A stretch of 64,000 nt of DNA from Thalassobaculaceae bacterium (GCA_965228875.1 OZ245843.1:3020616-3084615); one strand, 5' to 3'; positions 1 through 10,078 are shown, counted from the stretch's first letter. The notes: generated from the letters alone by a model not told the origin. A program made the numbers and translations.

Positions 1-283
1 CGCCGACAGGCTGATCGCCTTCTTCGGCCAGGAGCTCCCCGAGATCCGCGCCTTCCGCCCGGAAGGCACCTATCTGCAGTGGTTCGACTGCCGCGCCCTC
101 GGCCTCGACAAGGACGCGCTCGAGGACCTGATGCTGAACCGGGCCGGCGTGTATTTCGACGAGGGCTACATCTTCGGCGACGAGGGCGCCGGCTTCGAGC
201 GCATTAACCTCGCCTGCCCGCGCAGCACCCTCGACCAGGCGCTGGTGCGCATCCGCGATGCGATCCGAGGGTCCGCTCCATGA
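1..283 (+). CDS. MalY/PatB-family PLP C-S lyase (cystathionine beta-lyase), C-terminal part, 5' truncated by window
   Basis: Frame 2 reads PEGTYLQWFDCRALGL...GYIFGDEGAGFERINLACPRSTL, typical of the MalY/PatB C-terminus; TGA overlaps next ATG (ATGA). Confidence 0.85.
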   Translation, partial: ADRLIAFFGQELPEIRAFRPEGTYLQWFDCRALGLDKDALEDLMLNRAGVYFDEGYIFGDEGAGFERINLACPRSTLDQALVRIRDAIRGSAP

Positions 284-1323
284 CCGGCATCCCCCGCCTC
301 GACGCGATGCCCCGGGTCCGCATGGCGCATCTGCCGACCGGGATCGAGGAGATGGCCAACCTGCGCGCCACCCTGTTTCCGGCCGGCGACGGCCCGCGCC
401 TGCTGGTGAAGCGCGACGACAACACCGGCGTGGCCATGGGCGGGAACAAGGTCCGCCAGCTCGAGTTCTATCTCGGCGACGCGGTCGAGGCGGGCGCCGA
501 CACCGTGCTGATCTCCAGCGCGGTGCAGTCCAACTACATGCGGACCTGCGCCGCCATGGCCGCCCGGCTCGGCCTGGAGTGCCACCTGCAGCTCGAGGAG
601 CGGGTGCCGAAGAACGACCCGCTCTACCGGACCAACGGCAACGTGCTGCTCGACCGGATCGCCGGCGCCCACCTGCACAGCTATCCCGAGGGCGAGGACG
701 AGGCCGGCGCCGACCGGTCGGTCGAGGAGATCGCCGACCGGCTCCGCGCCGAGGGCAGGAAGCCGTACGTCATCCACCTGAGCCCGACCCATCCGCCGGT
801 CGGCGCCGTCGGCTATGTCGATGCCGCCCGCGAGCTGCTCGGCCAGTTGGAGGCGCGCGGCGAGACGGTGGACCGGATCTATGTCGGCTCCGGCTCGGCG
901 GCGACCCATACCGGGCTGCTCTGGGGCCTGCGCGCCTTCGGGTCGCCGATCCCGGTGGTCGGGGTCTGCGTGCGCCGCCCCGCCGCCCAGCAGGGGCCTC
1001 GGGTGCGCGGCAACCTGGACCGGCTGTCGGCGCTTCTGCACCACGATCCGGGTTTCTCCGACGACGACGTGATTGTCACGGACGTCTCGCTCGGCCCCGG
1101 CTACGGCCGGGTGACCGACCCGATCCGCGAGGCCATCGCCCTGGCCGGCTCCCGGGAAGGGTTGTTCGTGGACCCGGTCTATACCGGCAAAGTGCTGGCG
1201 GGCATGCTCGCCGAGCTGCGCGACGGCGCCATGGGGGCGGACGAGACCGCCCTGTTCCTGCACACCGGCGGCCAGCCGTCGCTGTTCGCCTATGGCGAGT
1301 CGGTGCTGACCGAGGCCGGCTGA
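280..1323 (+). CDS. D-cysteine desulfhydrase family PLP enzyme
   Basis: KRDD..GGNKVRQLEF, QSNY, GSGS.AT..G, DPVYTGK, LHTGG motifs; Thr at both discriminating positions favours D-Cys desulfhydrase over ACC deaminase. Confidence 0.88.
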   Translation: MTGIPRLDAMPRVRMAHLPTGIEEMANLRATLFPAGDGPRLLVKRDDNTGVAMGGNKVRQLEFYLGDAVEAGADTVLISSAVQSNYMRTCAAMAARLGLECHLQLEERVPKNDPLYRTNGNVLLDRIAGAHLHSYPEGEDEAGADRSVEEIADRLRAEGRKPYVIHLSPTHPPVGAVGYVDAARELLGQLEARGETVDRIYVGSGSAATHTGLLWGLRAFGSPIPVVGVCVRRPAAQQGPRVRGNLDRLSALLHHDPGFSDDDVIVTDVSLGPGYGRVTDPIREAIALAGSREGLFVDPVYTGKVLAGMLAELRDGAMGADETALFLHTGGQPSLFAYGESVLTEAG

Positions 1324-2159
1324 CGCCTTCCGCGGCGCATTCTGGCCTCGTATTCCTCCAGGGTGCGCAGCCGCATGCCCTGGAAATCGGCGAGGAACGC
1401 GGGTCCCGGCTCGCCGGCGAAGGCGACCACCTGAACCGACCGGACGCCGCATTTCGGATCGCCCGCCACATGCCGCGGGTTGCCGGGCGACACGTGGACG
1501 GTGAACAGCAGGTAGCATTCCATGCCGGCCGCGACGAGACGCGGGAACCAGCGCCGCACCGCCGGCGGCCGGTCGGCCTCGATGCAGAGCACCAGGCCGG
1601 GATGGATCAGTCCCGACAGACCGTCGAGAACCGCTTCCTCCATCCCCTCGACGTCGATTTTGACCACGCGGGGGCGCGGCGCGCGCAGTTTCAGAAAACT
1701 GTCGAGCCGCACGATTGGCGCCGGGCAGGTCAGGCCGCTGTAGAGGTCCAGCGACACCGCGCCGAAATTGCCGCTCTGGCGGATGTCCGGCATCGGCACG
1801 TCGATCACGCCGTCCCGGTCGCCGACGGCAAGCGGGAAGACCTGGGCGTCGTCGCCGTGCATCAGGTTCACGCCGGCGAGGGCGTGATAGGGCAGCTGCG
1901 GCTCGAAGCCGAGGATGCGGTAGCCGCGGCGGTCCCGCTGCAGGGCCGCCGAGATCGCCCCGATATTGGCTCCGACGTCGATGAAGGTATCGCCGGGGGA
2001 GAGCAACCGCCGGTAGACGAACAGTTCACCGGCCCCGTACTCCCCGAACCGGGCCAGGGTGTCGGAGACGCCCGTGTCGTGGCGGAAGCACACCATCGGC
2101 CCGCTGACGGTGTCAACGACGAGGTGGTCGGCCGAAATGGCGAAGTCCCTGAGTTCCAT
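1290..2159 (-). CDS. FkbM-family SAM methyltransferase
   Basis: FIDVGANIG, GFEPQ, VVKIDVEGME motifs; start placed at MELRDF (upstream part of the track ORF overlaps the CBS gene in another frame). Confidence 0.85.
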   Translation of the reverse strand: MELRDFAISADHLVVDTVSGPMVCFRHDTGVSDTLARFGEYGAGELFVYRRLLSPGDTFIDVGANIGAISAALQRDRRGYRILGFEPQLPYHALAGVNLMHGDDAQVFPLAVGDRDGVIDVPMPDIRQSGNFGAVSLDLYSGLTCPAPIVRLDSFLKLRAPRPRVVKIDVEGMEEAVLDGLSGLIHPGLVLCIEADRPPAVRRWFPRLVAAGMECYLLFTVHVSPGNPRHVAGDPKCGVRSVQVVAFAGEPGPAFLADFQGMRLRTLEEYEARMRRGRRQPASVSTDSP

Positions 2160-2251
2160 CGGGCACGGATAGCCGATCGCGCGCCGCGCCGGCAAGCGGT
2201 TGCGGTGCCGCCGGGGCTGGGGCCGGGGCCAGGGCCGGAGCTGGGGCCGGC

Positions 2252-2683
2252 CTACCCGCCGGCCACATAGGCCGAGAGCTGGCGCACCTCCTCCTCGGTC
2301 TCTTCCAGGCGCAGCTTCACGACGTCGCCGATCGACACCATGCCGGCGATCCGCCCCTCCTCCATCACCGGAACGTGGCGGAACCGGCCGTTGGTCATCA
2401 TCTCCATGACATCGGCAATCGCCTGGGAGGCGGTGCAGGTCACCACCTTGGCGGTCATCAGGGCGCTGACCGGCTCGTCCAGCACATCGCCGCCCTGCTC
2501 CGCCAGCACCCGGACGATGTCGCGCTCGGACAGGATGCCGGCGAGCGCGCCGCCGTCGGTGGTGACGACGATACAGCCGATCCGCTTCTCGGCCAGGGTG
2601 GCGACCGCCTGTGCGACGGGCGTATCCGGCGCCACGGTGACCACGTTTCTGCCCTTGGTCTTCAGGATGTCGGAAACAAGCAT
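2252..2683 (-). CDS. Tandem CBS-domain protein
   Basis: MLVSDILKTKG...GILSERDIV...RFRHVPV..GMVSIGDVVK; GAGG-type RBS upstream. Confidence 0.92.
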   Translation of the reverse strand: MLVSDILKTKGRNVVTVAPDTPVAQAVATLAEKRIGCIVVTTDGGALAGILSERDIVRVLAEQGGDVLDEPVSALMTAKVVTCTASQAIADVMEMMTNGRFRHVPVMEEGRIAGMVSIGDVVKLRLEETEEEVRQLSAYVAGG

Positions 2684-2917
2684 GCCTTCCTCCCGCTTGT
2701 GCGAAGCGGGCGGGCCGTTCAAGCGGCCCAGCGGAACGCGCCGACGCATGCATCCACGGTCATGCCGCACCCGTTCCGAGGCGGCTGGAACGGCCCGAAC
2801 CCGTCGCGGATGCCCTTTGGCCGGGCCGTTGCTCGCATGATCCGCCCGATTTCCCCGCCTGGCAAGCGTCCGCAACGGTGGCACAAGCGGCGGCCCTGAG
2901 GTAAAACGGCGCCGGCT

Positions 2918-2994
2918 GTCCTCGTAGCTCAGCTGGATAGAGCACCAGATTCCTAATCTGGGGGTCACAGGTTCGAATCCTGTCGGGGACACCA
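2918..2994 (+). tRNA. tRNA-Arg (anticodon CCT)
   Basis: Acceptor GTCCTCG/CGGGGAC, D-arm AGCTCAGCTGGATAGAGC, anticodon stem CCAGA/TCTGG with loop TTCCTAA, T-loop GGTTCGAATCC, encoded CCA end. Confidence 0.97.
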
Positions 2995-3153
2995 TTCCAG
3001 CCAATCGCGACCGATTCACCACGCCGGACCCGCCGGTGTGGTCCGCGCTGGGGTGACGCCGGATCGTTCACGGGAACGTGAAGGCCGGTCCCACCCGGAT
3101 TTCGGCGCCCGGCGCGGGTCCGTGCGGACGTCCGGCGGGTGCCGCTGGCGGCC

Positions 3154-3169
3154 GTTAACGTTCTGTTAG
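3154..3169. promoter_or_regulatory. Putative CtrA-binding site
   Basis: GTTAA-CGTTCTG-TTAG; one mismatch to TTAA-N7-TTAA(C), in an AT-rich patch upstream of the PAS gene. Confidence 0.5.
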
Positions 3170-3277
3170 GAATTCCCCTTAAAGATGTGGACCCGCGATA
3201 CCGATCAATAATCCGTCGCGCCGCCGATCCGGCGCAACATCAAGGCAGAACAGGGGTCACCAACAGGGGAGAGGACG

Positions 3278-3895
3278 TTGTCTGAATGCGACAGCGCCGT
3301 TGATCCGAACCGCCAAGGCCAGGCTATTCGGCCGGTGGGCCTCTGCGATGTCCTGTTCGATCACTGGCGCGACCTCCGCGACGCCTCGCCGTCGCCCGAT
3401 CGAATCCCGGTCCGCGATCAGATCGACATGCTCACCCTGCCCACGCGCGTCCTGCCCTGGTTCTTCCTGCACGAGCGCCGGTCGGGCCGCTTCCGCAACG
3501 TCATCGCCGGAACGCGGGTGGTCGACGGGCTCGGGTTCGAACCGAAGGGCCGCTACATCGACGAGTTGATGCCGTCGACCGTGTACCGGGCGCGGCGCGA
3601 CATGTTCAACGTTTGCCTGGAGGATGGCCGGCCCTTCTACTACCGGGGCGCGCTGATGGAGCCGACCCGCCGCCACGTCGGCTACGCCCGCCTTCTGCTG
3701 CCCCTGCACGGAACGCCCGGGGGGCCGATCGACATGCTGTGCGGCCTCGTCATGTTCTTCGACGAGGCGGGGCTGATCGGCGGCGAACGGGAACGGATCG
3801 AGCGCGGCCACCGGGGGTTGTTCGACTGCAGCATCTACCGGGGCGGCGACTGGTCCGTCTGGAGCAGGAGCGCCGAGAGCGACGGTACGCGGTAG
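3278..3895 (+). CDS. PAS_5-type PAS domain protein
   Basis: LFDHW..LR...P.RDQIDM..LP..VLPW, AGTRVVD..G.EPKGRYI, YARLLLPL pattern. Confidence 0.75.
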   Translation: MSECDSAVDPNRQGQAIRPVGLCDVLFDHWRDLRDASPSPDRIPVRDQIDMLTLPTRVLPWFFLHERRSGRFRNVIAGTRVVDGLGFEPKGRYIDELMPSTVYRARRDMFNVCLEDGRPFYYRGALMEPTRRHVGYARLLLPLHGTPGGPIDMLCGLVMFFDEAGLIGGERERIERGHRGLFDCSIYRGGDWSVWSRSAESDGTR

Positions 3896-3912
3896 CGGAC
3901 GGACGCAGGCGG

Positions 3913-4569
3913 CTATCGCGTCGGCCGTGGCGCGATCCGCCCGGCGCAGGCCCGCTGCCAGCTCGGCCGCGCGCGCAACGCCGCCATCGCCCGGGCGACC
4001 GCCGGCGCGGCCGCCAGCAGTTCCGCGCCGCCCTGGAGCAGGTCGAGCACGTCCAGCGTGCAAACGAGCACGATGTCCGCGAGCGAAAGCGCCCCGCCGA
4101 CCAGGTGATCGCGTCCCGCCAACTCGCCCTCGAGAATGGCGAGATCGCGCGCGACCGCCTTGCGGGAACGCGCGATCTTGGCCGTGTCCGGTCGGCCGTC
4201 GGGCCCCGACGGGAAGGAGAATTCGAGCGCCCAGTCACGCACCACGTGACGGTCGACCGTCCCCATGACCGCGTTGAACCACTGGTCCATGCGGATCCGC
4301 TCCAGCGGATCGGCCGGCTGCAGCGCGTCCGGCTCGCCGAAGCTCATGTCGATGTAGCGCATGATCGCCAGGCTTTCGAACAGGACGACCTCGCCGTGGC
4401 GCATCGCCGGCACCTTGCCGAATGGCGCGACCGCCAGCAGCGCGCGCGATCGCATGTCGCGGAACCCCGTCAGTTCCTGGTCGTAGGTCGCCCCCTTCTC
4501 CTCCGCGGTCATGGCGCAGGCGCGGACGAAGTTGGAATGCGGCACGCCGTAGAGAGCGATGTCGGCCAT
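3913..4569 (-). CDS. Glutathione S-transferase family protein
   Basis: PFGKVPAM..G..LFESLAIMRYI; LVGGALSLADI C-terminal motif. Confidence 0.92.
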   Translation of the reverse strand: MADIALYGVPHSNFVRACAMTAEEKGATYDQELTGFRDMRSRALLAVAPFGKVPAMRHGEVVLFESLAIMRYIDMSFGEPDALQPADPLERIRMDQWFNAVMGTVDRHVVRDWALEFSFPSGPDGRPDTAKIARSRKAVARDLAILEGELAGRDHLVGGALSLADIVLVCTLDVLDLLQGGAELLAAAPAVARAMAALRARPSWQRACAGRIAPRPTR

Positions 4570-4618
4570 GCGGACCTCCCGGGTTCGGTCGACTGCCCCC
4601 CCTCATTGACTGTCGGTT

Positions 4619-5809
4619 TCAGTCGAGGGCGAAGACCATGGCTTTCAGATAGGCACTCTCCGGCAGATGTGCATGCACCGGATGATCCGGACCGGCCCCG
4701 GCCATGCGCAGCACCCGCCCGGCGCGGCCGGCATCACCAAGGCCCCGGGCGTTCTGCTGGGCGAAGGATGCCGGATCCATGTGATGCGAGCAGGACGCCA
4801 GCAGCAGCACGCCGCCGGGCGCCGTCACCTGGGCGGTCAGGCGCGCCAGCTTGCGATAGGCCTTGGCCGCCGGCCCGACATCCTTCTTGGTGCGGGCGAA
4901 GGCCGGCGGGTCGCAGATCACCACGTCGTAACGCTCGCCGGTCTTGGCCAGATGCTCGAGCGCGGCGAAGGCATCCGCCTTGCGCGTCGACACTCGGTCG
5001 CCCACGCCGCTCGCCTCCGCCGCCCGACCGGCGAGCAACAGGGCCGGCGCCGCCCGGTCGATCAGGTCGACCGAGGCCGCTCCGGCAACCGCCGCCTGGA
5101 TCCCGAATCCGCCGGTATGGGTGTAGAGGTCGAGCACCCGCGCGCCCTCGGCCAGCCCGGCGACGAAGGCCCGGTTGTCGCGGTGATCGTAGAACCACCC
5201 CGTCTTCTGTCCGCCCAGGGGATCGAGCGGGAACAGGGCCCCGCCCTCGCTCACCAGCGCCGGATCCGGCAGGCTGCCCTCGACCAGCCGGACCTCCTCT
5301 CCCAGCCCCTCGAGCTTGCGCACCGGGCTGTCGTTGCGGAGCACGATGGCCGCCGGCGCCAGAACGGCGCGGACGGCGGCAACCACGGCGTCCCCCATAC
5401 GGTCCATCCCGGCGGTATTGGCCTGGATGACGACGACATCGCCGTAGCGGTCGACGATCAGGCCCGGCAGTCCGTCGGCCTCGGCGTGGACAACCCGGTA
5501 GAACGGGACGTCGAACAGCCGCTCGCGCCAGCCGAGCGCCGTCGCCAGCCGGCCGGCCATCCAGACGGCGTCGATCCCCACGCCGGCGTCGCGGTCGAGC
5601 AGGCGCAGCGCGATGAGGCTGTGCGGGTTGAAATGCGCCAGGCCGATGGCGTCGCCGGCATGGCTCTCGACCGCCACGACGGAGCCTGCGGGCAGCGTCC
5701 GGATCTCCGGCGTCATGACGATCTCGTTGGAGAATCCCCAGGGATGGCCGCGGAGCAGACGCACGCCGCCGCCCTTGTTCAGCCTGACGACGGGAAGGCG
5801 GTCGGACAT
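4619..5809 (-). CDS. rlmI: RlmI/RlmK-family 23S rRNA methyltransferase
   Basis: GHPW.FSNE PUA start, EADGLPGLIVDRY, GQKTGWFYDHRDNR, CDPPAF, DHPVH..LPESAYLK. Confidence 0.85.
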   Translation of the reverse strand: MSDRLPVVRLNKGGGVRLLRGHPWGFSNEIVMTPEIRTLPAGSVVAVESHAGDAIGLAHFNPHSLIALRLLDRDAGVGIDAVWMAGRLATALGWRERLFDVPFYRVVHAEADGLPGLIVDRYGDVVVIQANTAGMDRMGDAVVAAVRAVLAPAAIVLRNDSPVRKLEGLGEEVRLVEGSLPDPALVSEGGALFPLDPLGGQKTGWFYDHRDNRAFVAGLAEGARVLDLYTHTGGFGIQAAVAGAASVDLIDRAAPALLLAGRAAEASGVGDRVSTRKADAFAALEHLAKTGERYDVVICDPPAFARTKKDVGPAAKAYRKLARLTAQVTAPGGVLLLASCSHHMDPASFAQQNARGLGDAGRAGRVLRMAGAGPDHPVHAHLPESAYLKAMVFALD

Positions 5810-5893
5810 GGTCATCTCCGAAGGTGACGGCGCCGCCGGGCGCCCGGGCCGCGGGTTATGGCACGATGCGGTGGCGTCGCGGTACCATAAGTC

Positions 5894-6559
5894 ATGATTC
5901 GCCGTTCCGCCGCCGCACTCCTCCTCGCCCTGGCCACCTGCACGCTCGCCGCCTGCGCCTCGCGTCAGCAGGCCGAGCAGCGGGCGGCGCCGCCCGCACC
6001 CCAGCGTACCGTCGTCGAGGCGGTGCCGATCGACGCGCGCTGCCGGGCCGTCGGCCGTGTCGCCCGGCGCGATGCCCAGGCGGCACCCCTGACCATCGAT
6101 CCCCGGCGCCTCGGATTCCCGGTCGCCGTCACCTGCGAGGCGCCCGGCCATCTGGCGACAACCGAGGTCCTGCACCCGCGCCCCGTCCCGTCGGTTCTTG
6201 CCGCGGCCGCGGACCGCCGGCCGTTCTCGCCCATGGCGGACCTGGCGCCGGCGGCGGGCGCCCCCGCCGACAGCACGGTCCCGTTCCGGCTGACCGTGCC
6301 GCTGCGCGGGGCGCTGTTCGAGACGCCCGCCGCCCGCAACGACTTCTACGAGGCGCTGCGGGCGACCCGCGAGACGCGCTGGGCCGCGCTGCTCCGTCAG
6401 GCCGAAACGGACTGCGCGGCGCCCGAAACCTCACGCGCCGGCGCCAGCGCCACGTCCCTGCCGGAGATCTGCCGCCGGGCCTATCTCTGGCTCGGCGAGC
6501 AACGGGACGCGGACCTGCGACGGCTGGAGATCGACCGCCGCCGGGCCACCTTCCGCTAG
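5894..6559 (+). CDS. Hypothetical lipoprotein
   Basis: Signal peptide with lipobox LAAC; GC3-rich codon usage; stop TAG is the first part of a repeat element. Confidence 0.7.
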   Translation: MIRRSAAALLLALATCTLAACASRQQAEQRAAPPAPQRTVVEAVPIDARCRAVGRVARRDAQAAPLTIDPRRLGFPVAVTCEAPGHLATTEVLHPRPVPSVLAAAADRRPFSPMADLAPAAGAPADSTVPFRLTVPLRGALFETPAARNDFYEALRATRETRWAALLRQAETDCAAPETSRAGASATSLPEICRRAYLWLGEQRDADLRRLEIDRRRATFR

Positions 6560-6670
6560 AGTGCGATGGCTTCAGGTCGGTTCGATCTGAAGCGTGAATC
6601 GCCCTCTAAGGCATTAAAAATAGAGCAAATTCACACGATCAGATGTTTCCATCTGATCGAGATTTGCTCT
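6556..6670 (+). repeat. Bipartite palindromic intergenic element, copy A (full length)
   Basis: CTAGAG..[CTTCAGGTCG..CGATCTGAAG]..GCCCTCTA-A-rich-TAGAGCAAATTCACACGATCAGATGTTTCCATCTGATCG..GCTCT; matches the copies at 11832 and 48117. Confidence 0.92.
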
Positions 6671-6900
6671 GCGACATCACCCGAAGGCCGCCGCCGCGCC
6701 GGACGGCGCGGACGGCCGTTGCGGCCGGTGGCGATGCTGCGCCACTCGGCATTAACCCGTTGCCCAGAGCGCGCTTGTCCCGCATACACTTGAGCCCAAG
6801 TGGGAGCGCACGGCGCGCGTTCGGTTCACGTCTTGCGCCCAAACAGCCCGTCACGGCATAAACCGTGCGCGGAAAAAGGGAATCCAGCGGGGACCCAGAC

Positions 6901-8190
6901 ATGAAGATCGGCATCGTCAAGGAACGCCGAGAGGGCGAGAAACGCGTCGCAGCCTCTGCGGACACCGTCAAGAAGTTCATCCAGCTCGGCGCCACGGTCG
7001 CGATCGAGTCCGGCGCCGGCCAGTCCGCCGCCGTGACCGACGACGCCTACGCCGCCGCCGGCGCCACCGTCGTGAAGACCGCGAAGGACGCGGTCGGCGA
7101 CGCGGACGTCGTGCTCAAGGTGCGCAAACCGCTCGACGACGAGGTCAAGCTGCTGCGCAAGGGAACGGTTCTGATCGCGCTGATGGAGCCGTACAAGGAC
7201 AAGGCCCTGATCGAAGCCGTCGCCAAGACCGGCGCGCGGACCTTCGCGCTGGAGCTGGTCCCGCGGATCACCCGCGCACAGTCGATGGACGTGCTGTCGT
7301 CGCAGTCGAACCTCGCCGGCTACAAGTCGGTGCTCGACGCCGCCGCCGTGTTCGGCCGCGCCTTTCCGATGATGATGACCGCCGCCGGCACCGTGCCGCC
7401 GGCCCGGGTCCTGGTGATGGGTGCCGGCGTCGCCGGGCTGCAGGCGATCGCCACGGCCAAGCGCCTCGGCGCCATCGTTTCGGCCACCGACGTGCGCCCG
7501 GCCGCCAAGGAGCAGGTGGAGAGCCTGGGCGGAACCTTCGTCGCCGTGGAGGACGAGGAGTTCAAGCAGGCCGAGACGGCCGGCGGCTACGCCAAGGAAA
7601 TGAGCGACGAGTACAAGAAGAAGCAGGCGGCGCTGATCGCCGAGACCATCGCCAAGCAGGACATCGTCATCACCACGGCGCTGATCCCCGGCCGTCCGGC
7701 CCCGGTGCTGGTGACCGAGGACATGGTCAAGACCATGAAGCCGGGCTCGGTCGTGGTCGATCTGGCGGTCGAGATGGGCGGCAACTGCCCGCTGTCGAAG
7801 CCGGGTGAGGTTATCGAGGCGCACGGCGTCACCATCGTCGGCCACACCAACGTGCCGAGCCGCCTGGCGGTCGATGCCAGCGCGCTCTACGCCAAGAACC
7901 TGCTGAACTTCCTCACCCCCCTGGTCGACAAGGAGAGCAAGACGCTCGCGATCGACGAGGAGGACGAGATCATCAAGGCGTCCACGATCACCAGGGACGG
8001 CGAGATCACCAACGAGCAGATCAAGGCGCTCAAGGACGAGCCGGCCGCCAAGCCCGCGCCGAAGGCCGCAGCTAAACCGGCGGCCAAGAAGGCTCCGGCG
8101 CGGAAGCCCTCGGCGAAGAAGACCGACGCCGGCGCGACGGCCGAGCCGGGCACCGGGGCCACCGACTCCAACGACGACACCAAGGCGTAA
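6901..8190 (+). CDS. pntAA: NAD(P) transhydrogenase alpha subunit part 1 (domain I)
   Basis: EKRVAAS, RITRAQSMDVLSSQSNLAGY, GAGVAGLQAIATA, AETAGGYAKEM, DLAVEMGGNC; Pro/Ala/Lys-rich tail. Confidence 0.95.
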   Translation: MKIGIVKERREGEKRVAASADTVKKFIQLGATVAIESGAGQSAAVTDDAYAAAGATVVKTAKDAVGDADVVLKVRKPLDDEVKLLRKGTVLIALMEPYKDKALIEAVAKTGARTFALELVPRITRAQSMDVLSSQSNLAGYKSVLDAAAVFGRAFPMMMTAAGTVPPARVLVMGAGVAGLQAIATAKRLGAIVSATDVRPAAKEQVESLGGTFVAVEDEEFKQAETAGGYAKEMSDEYKKKQAALIAETIAKQDIVITTALIPGRPAPVLVTEDMVKTMKPGSVVVDLAVEMGGNCPLSKPGEVIEAHGVTIVGHTNVPSRLAVDASALYAKNLLNFLTPLVDKESKTLAIDEEDEIIKASTITRDGEITNEQIKALKDEPAAKPAPKAAAKPAAKKAPARKPSAKKTDAGATAEPGTGATDSNDDTKA

Positions 8191-8202
8191 GGGGAGAGCG
8201 CG

Positions 8203-8646
8203 ATGTCGGAACATTCCCTCGCAGAGAAGCTCAAGGAGCTCGCCGACGAGGCCCGCGAGCTGGCCAGCGACGCCGCCGAACTGGCGTCCGAGGCCGGCAC
8301 GGCGGCCCTCGACACCACTGTCGCCGCGACCGCGCCCGCCGCCCAGGCGGCACAGGGTGGCGGCCTCGACCCGACCGTGGTCGGCCTCACGGTCTTCGTG
8401 CTCGCCTGCTTCGTCGGATACTACGTGGTCTGGCGGGTGACGCCGGCGCTGCACTCGCCGCTGATGGCGGTGACCAACGCGATATCCTCGGTGATCATCG
8501 TCGGCGCGCTGATCGCGGCCGGACCGGACACCGTCAATTTCTCCTCGATCATGGGCTTCCTCGCCGTGGTCCTGGCCAGCGTGAACATCGCCGGCGGGTT
8601 CCTGGTGACGGAGCGCATGCTCGCCATGTTTAAGAAGAAGAAGTGA
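8203..8646 (+). CDS. pntAB: NAD(P) transhydrogenase alpha subunit part 2
   Basis: [34 protein letters not shown]. Confidence 0.95.
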   Translation: MSEHSLAEKLKELADEARELASDAAELASEAGTAALDTTVAATAPAAQAAQGGGLDPTVVGLTVFVLACFVGYYVVWRVTPALHSPLMAVTNAISSVIIVGALIAAGPDTVNFSSIMGFLAVVLASVNIAGGFLVTERMLAMFKKKK

Positions 8647-8662
8647 GGGAAGGACCCAGGCA

Positions 8663-10057
8663 ATGAGTGGCACAGTCTCCTCGCTTCTGTATCTGGTCTC
8701 CGGCGTCTGCTTCATCATGGCGCTGCGCGGCCTGTCGCACCCCTCGACCTCCCGGGCCGGGAACTACTACGGCATGGCCGGCATGGTCCTGGCCATCGGC
8801 ACGACCCTCACGCTCGAGGTCGTGCAGTCCTACGAGGTCATCATCGTCGGGTTGCTGATCGGCGGCACGATCGGCGCGGTGATCGCCCGCAAGATCGAGA
8901 TGACCGCCCTGCCGCAGCTCGTGGCCGCGTTCCACAGCCTGGTCGGCCTCGCCGCCTGCTTCGTGGCGGTGGCGGCGTTCTATCGGCCCGACGCCTACGG
9001 CATCGGCGAGATCGGCGCGATCAAGGTCGGCTCGCTGATCGAGATGGCGCTCGGCCTGGCGATCGGCGCGATCACCTTCACCGGTTCGATCATCGCCTTC
9101 GGCAAGCTTCAGGGCCTGGTCACCGGCCGGCCGTTGGTCTTCGCCGGCCAGCATCCGCTGAACGCGCTGCTCGGCATCGCCCTGGTGGGTCTGATCGCCT
9201 GGCTCTGCGTCGACCAGGATCCGACGGCGTTCTGGCTGATCTTCGCGGTGGCGCTGGCCCTCGGCTTCCTGCTGATCCTGCCGATCGGCGGCGCCGACAT
9301 GCCGGTCGTGGTGTCGATGCTGAACTCCTATTCGGGCTGGGCGGCGGCCGGTATCGGCTTCACGCTGGGCAACCACCTGCTCATCATCACCGGCGCGCTG
9401 GTCGGCTCCTCGGGCGCGATCCTGTCCTACATCATGTGCAAGGGCATGAACCGCTCGTTCATCAGCGTCATCCTCGGCGGCTTCGGCGGCGAGACGGATG
9501 CGGCGGCGGCCGGCGGTCCCGGTGGCGACCGGTCGGTCAAGGCCGGCTCGGCCGAGGATGCGGCCTTCATCATGGAGAGCGCGTCGTCGGTCATCATCGT
9601 GCCGGGCTACGGCATGGCGGTCGCCCAGGCGCAGCACGCCCTGCGCGAGATGGCGGACGTGCTGAAGGCCAAGGGCGTGAACGTGCGCTACGCCATCCAT
9701 CCCGTCGCCGGCCGGATGCCGGGCCACATGAACGTGCTGCTGGCCGAGGCCAACGTGCCCTACGATGAGGTGCTGGAGCTGGAGGAGATCAACCGCGACT
9801 TCTCCCAGACCGACGTGGCCTTCGTGATCGGCGCCAACGACGTCACCAACCCGGCGGCGAAGACCGACCCGTCGAGCCCGATCTACGGCATGCCGATCCT
9901 CGACGTGGAGAACGCCAAGACCGTGCTGTTCGTGAAGCGCTCCATGGCGTCGGGGTATGCCGGCGTCGACAACGAGGTGTTCTTCCGCGACAACACGATG
10001 ATGCTGTTCGGCGACGCCAAGAAGATGTGCGAGGAGATCGTCCAGTCCCTCGACTGA
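8663..10057 (+). CDS. pntB: NAD(P) transhydrogenase beta subunit
   Basis: PQLVAAFHSLVG, GGADMPVV, PGYGMAVAQAQH, HPVAGRMPGHMNVLLAEA. Confidence 0.97.
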   Translation: MSGTVSSLLYLVSGVCFIMALRGLSHPSTSRAGNYYGMAGMVLAIGTTLTLEVVQSYEVIIVGLLIGGTIGAVIARKIEMTALPQLVAAFHSLVGLAACFVAVAAFYRPDAYGIGEIGAIKVGSLIEMALGLAIGAITFTGSIIAFGKLQGLVTGRPLVFAGQHPLNALLGIALVGLIAWLCVDQDPTAFWLIFAVALALGFLLILPIGGADMPVVVSMLNSYSGWAAAGIGFTLGNHLLIITGALVGSSGAILSYIMCKGMNRSFISVILGGFGGETDAAAAGGPGGDRSVKAGSAEDAAFIMESASSVIIVPGYGMAVAQAQHALREMADVLKAKGVNVRYAIHPVAGRMPGHMNVLLAEANVPYDEVLELEEINRDFSQTDVAFVIGANDVTNPAAKTDPSSPIYGMPILDVENAKTVLFVKRSMASGYAGVDNEVFFRDNTMMLFGDAKKMCEEIVQSLD

Positions 10058-10078
10058 CGACCCCGCTTTCAGGAAAGC

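Noticed and set aside
280..1323. ACC deaminase partnering the ethylene-receptor-like kinase
   Set aside because: DPVYTGK and LHTGG have Thr where true ACC deaminases have Glu and Leu; coupling to a C-S lyase gene also fits cysteine metabolism.
2918..2994. Genomic island integrated at tRNA-Arg
   Set aside because: No integrase and no duplicated tRNA 3' end noticed; flanking genes look native.
6566..6793. Family of small proteins sharing IEQIHTI/IRWKHLIV peptides (also 11907, 39045, 48090, 52958)
   Set aside because: These are translations of the palindromic repeat element, not independent genes.
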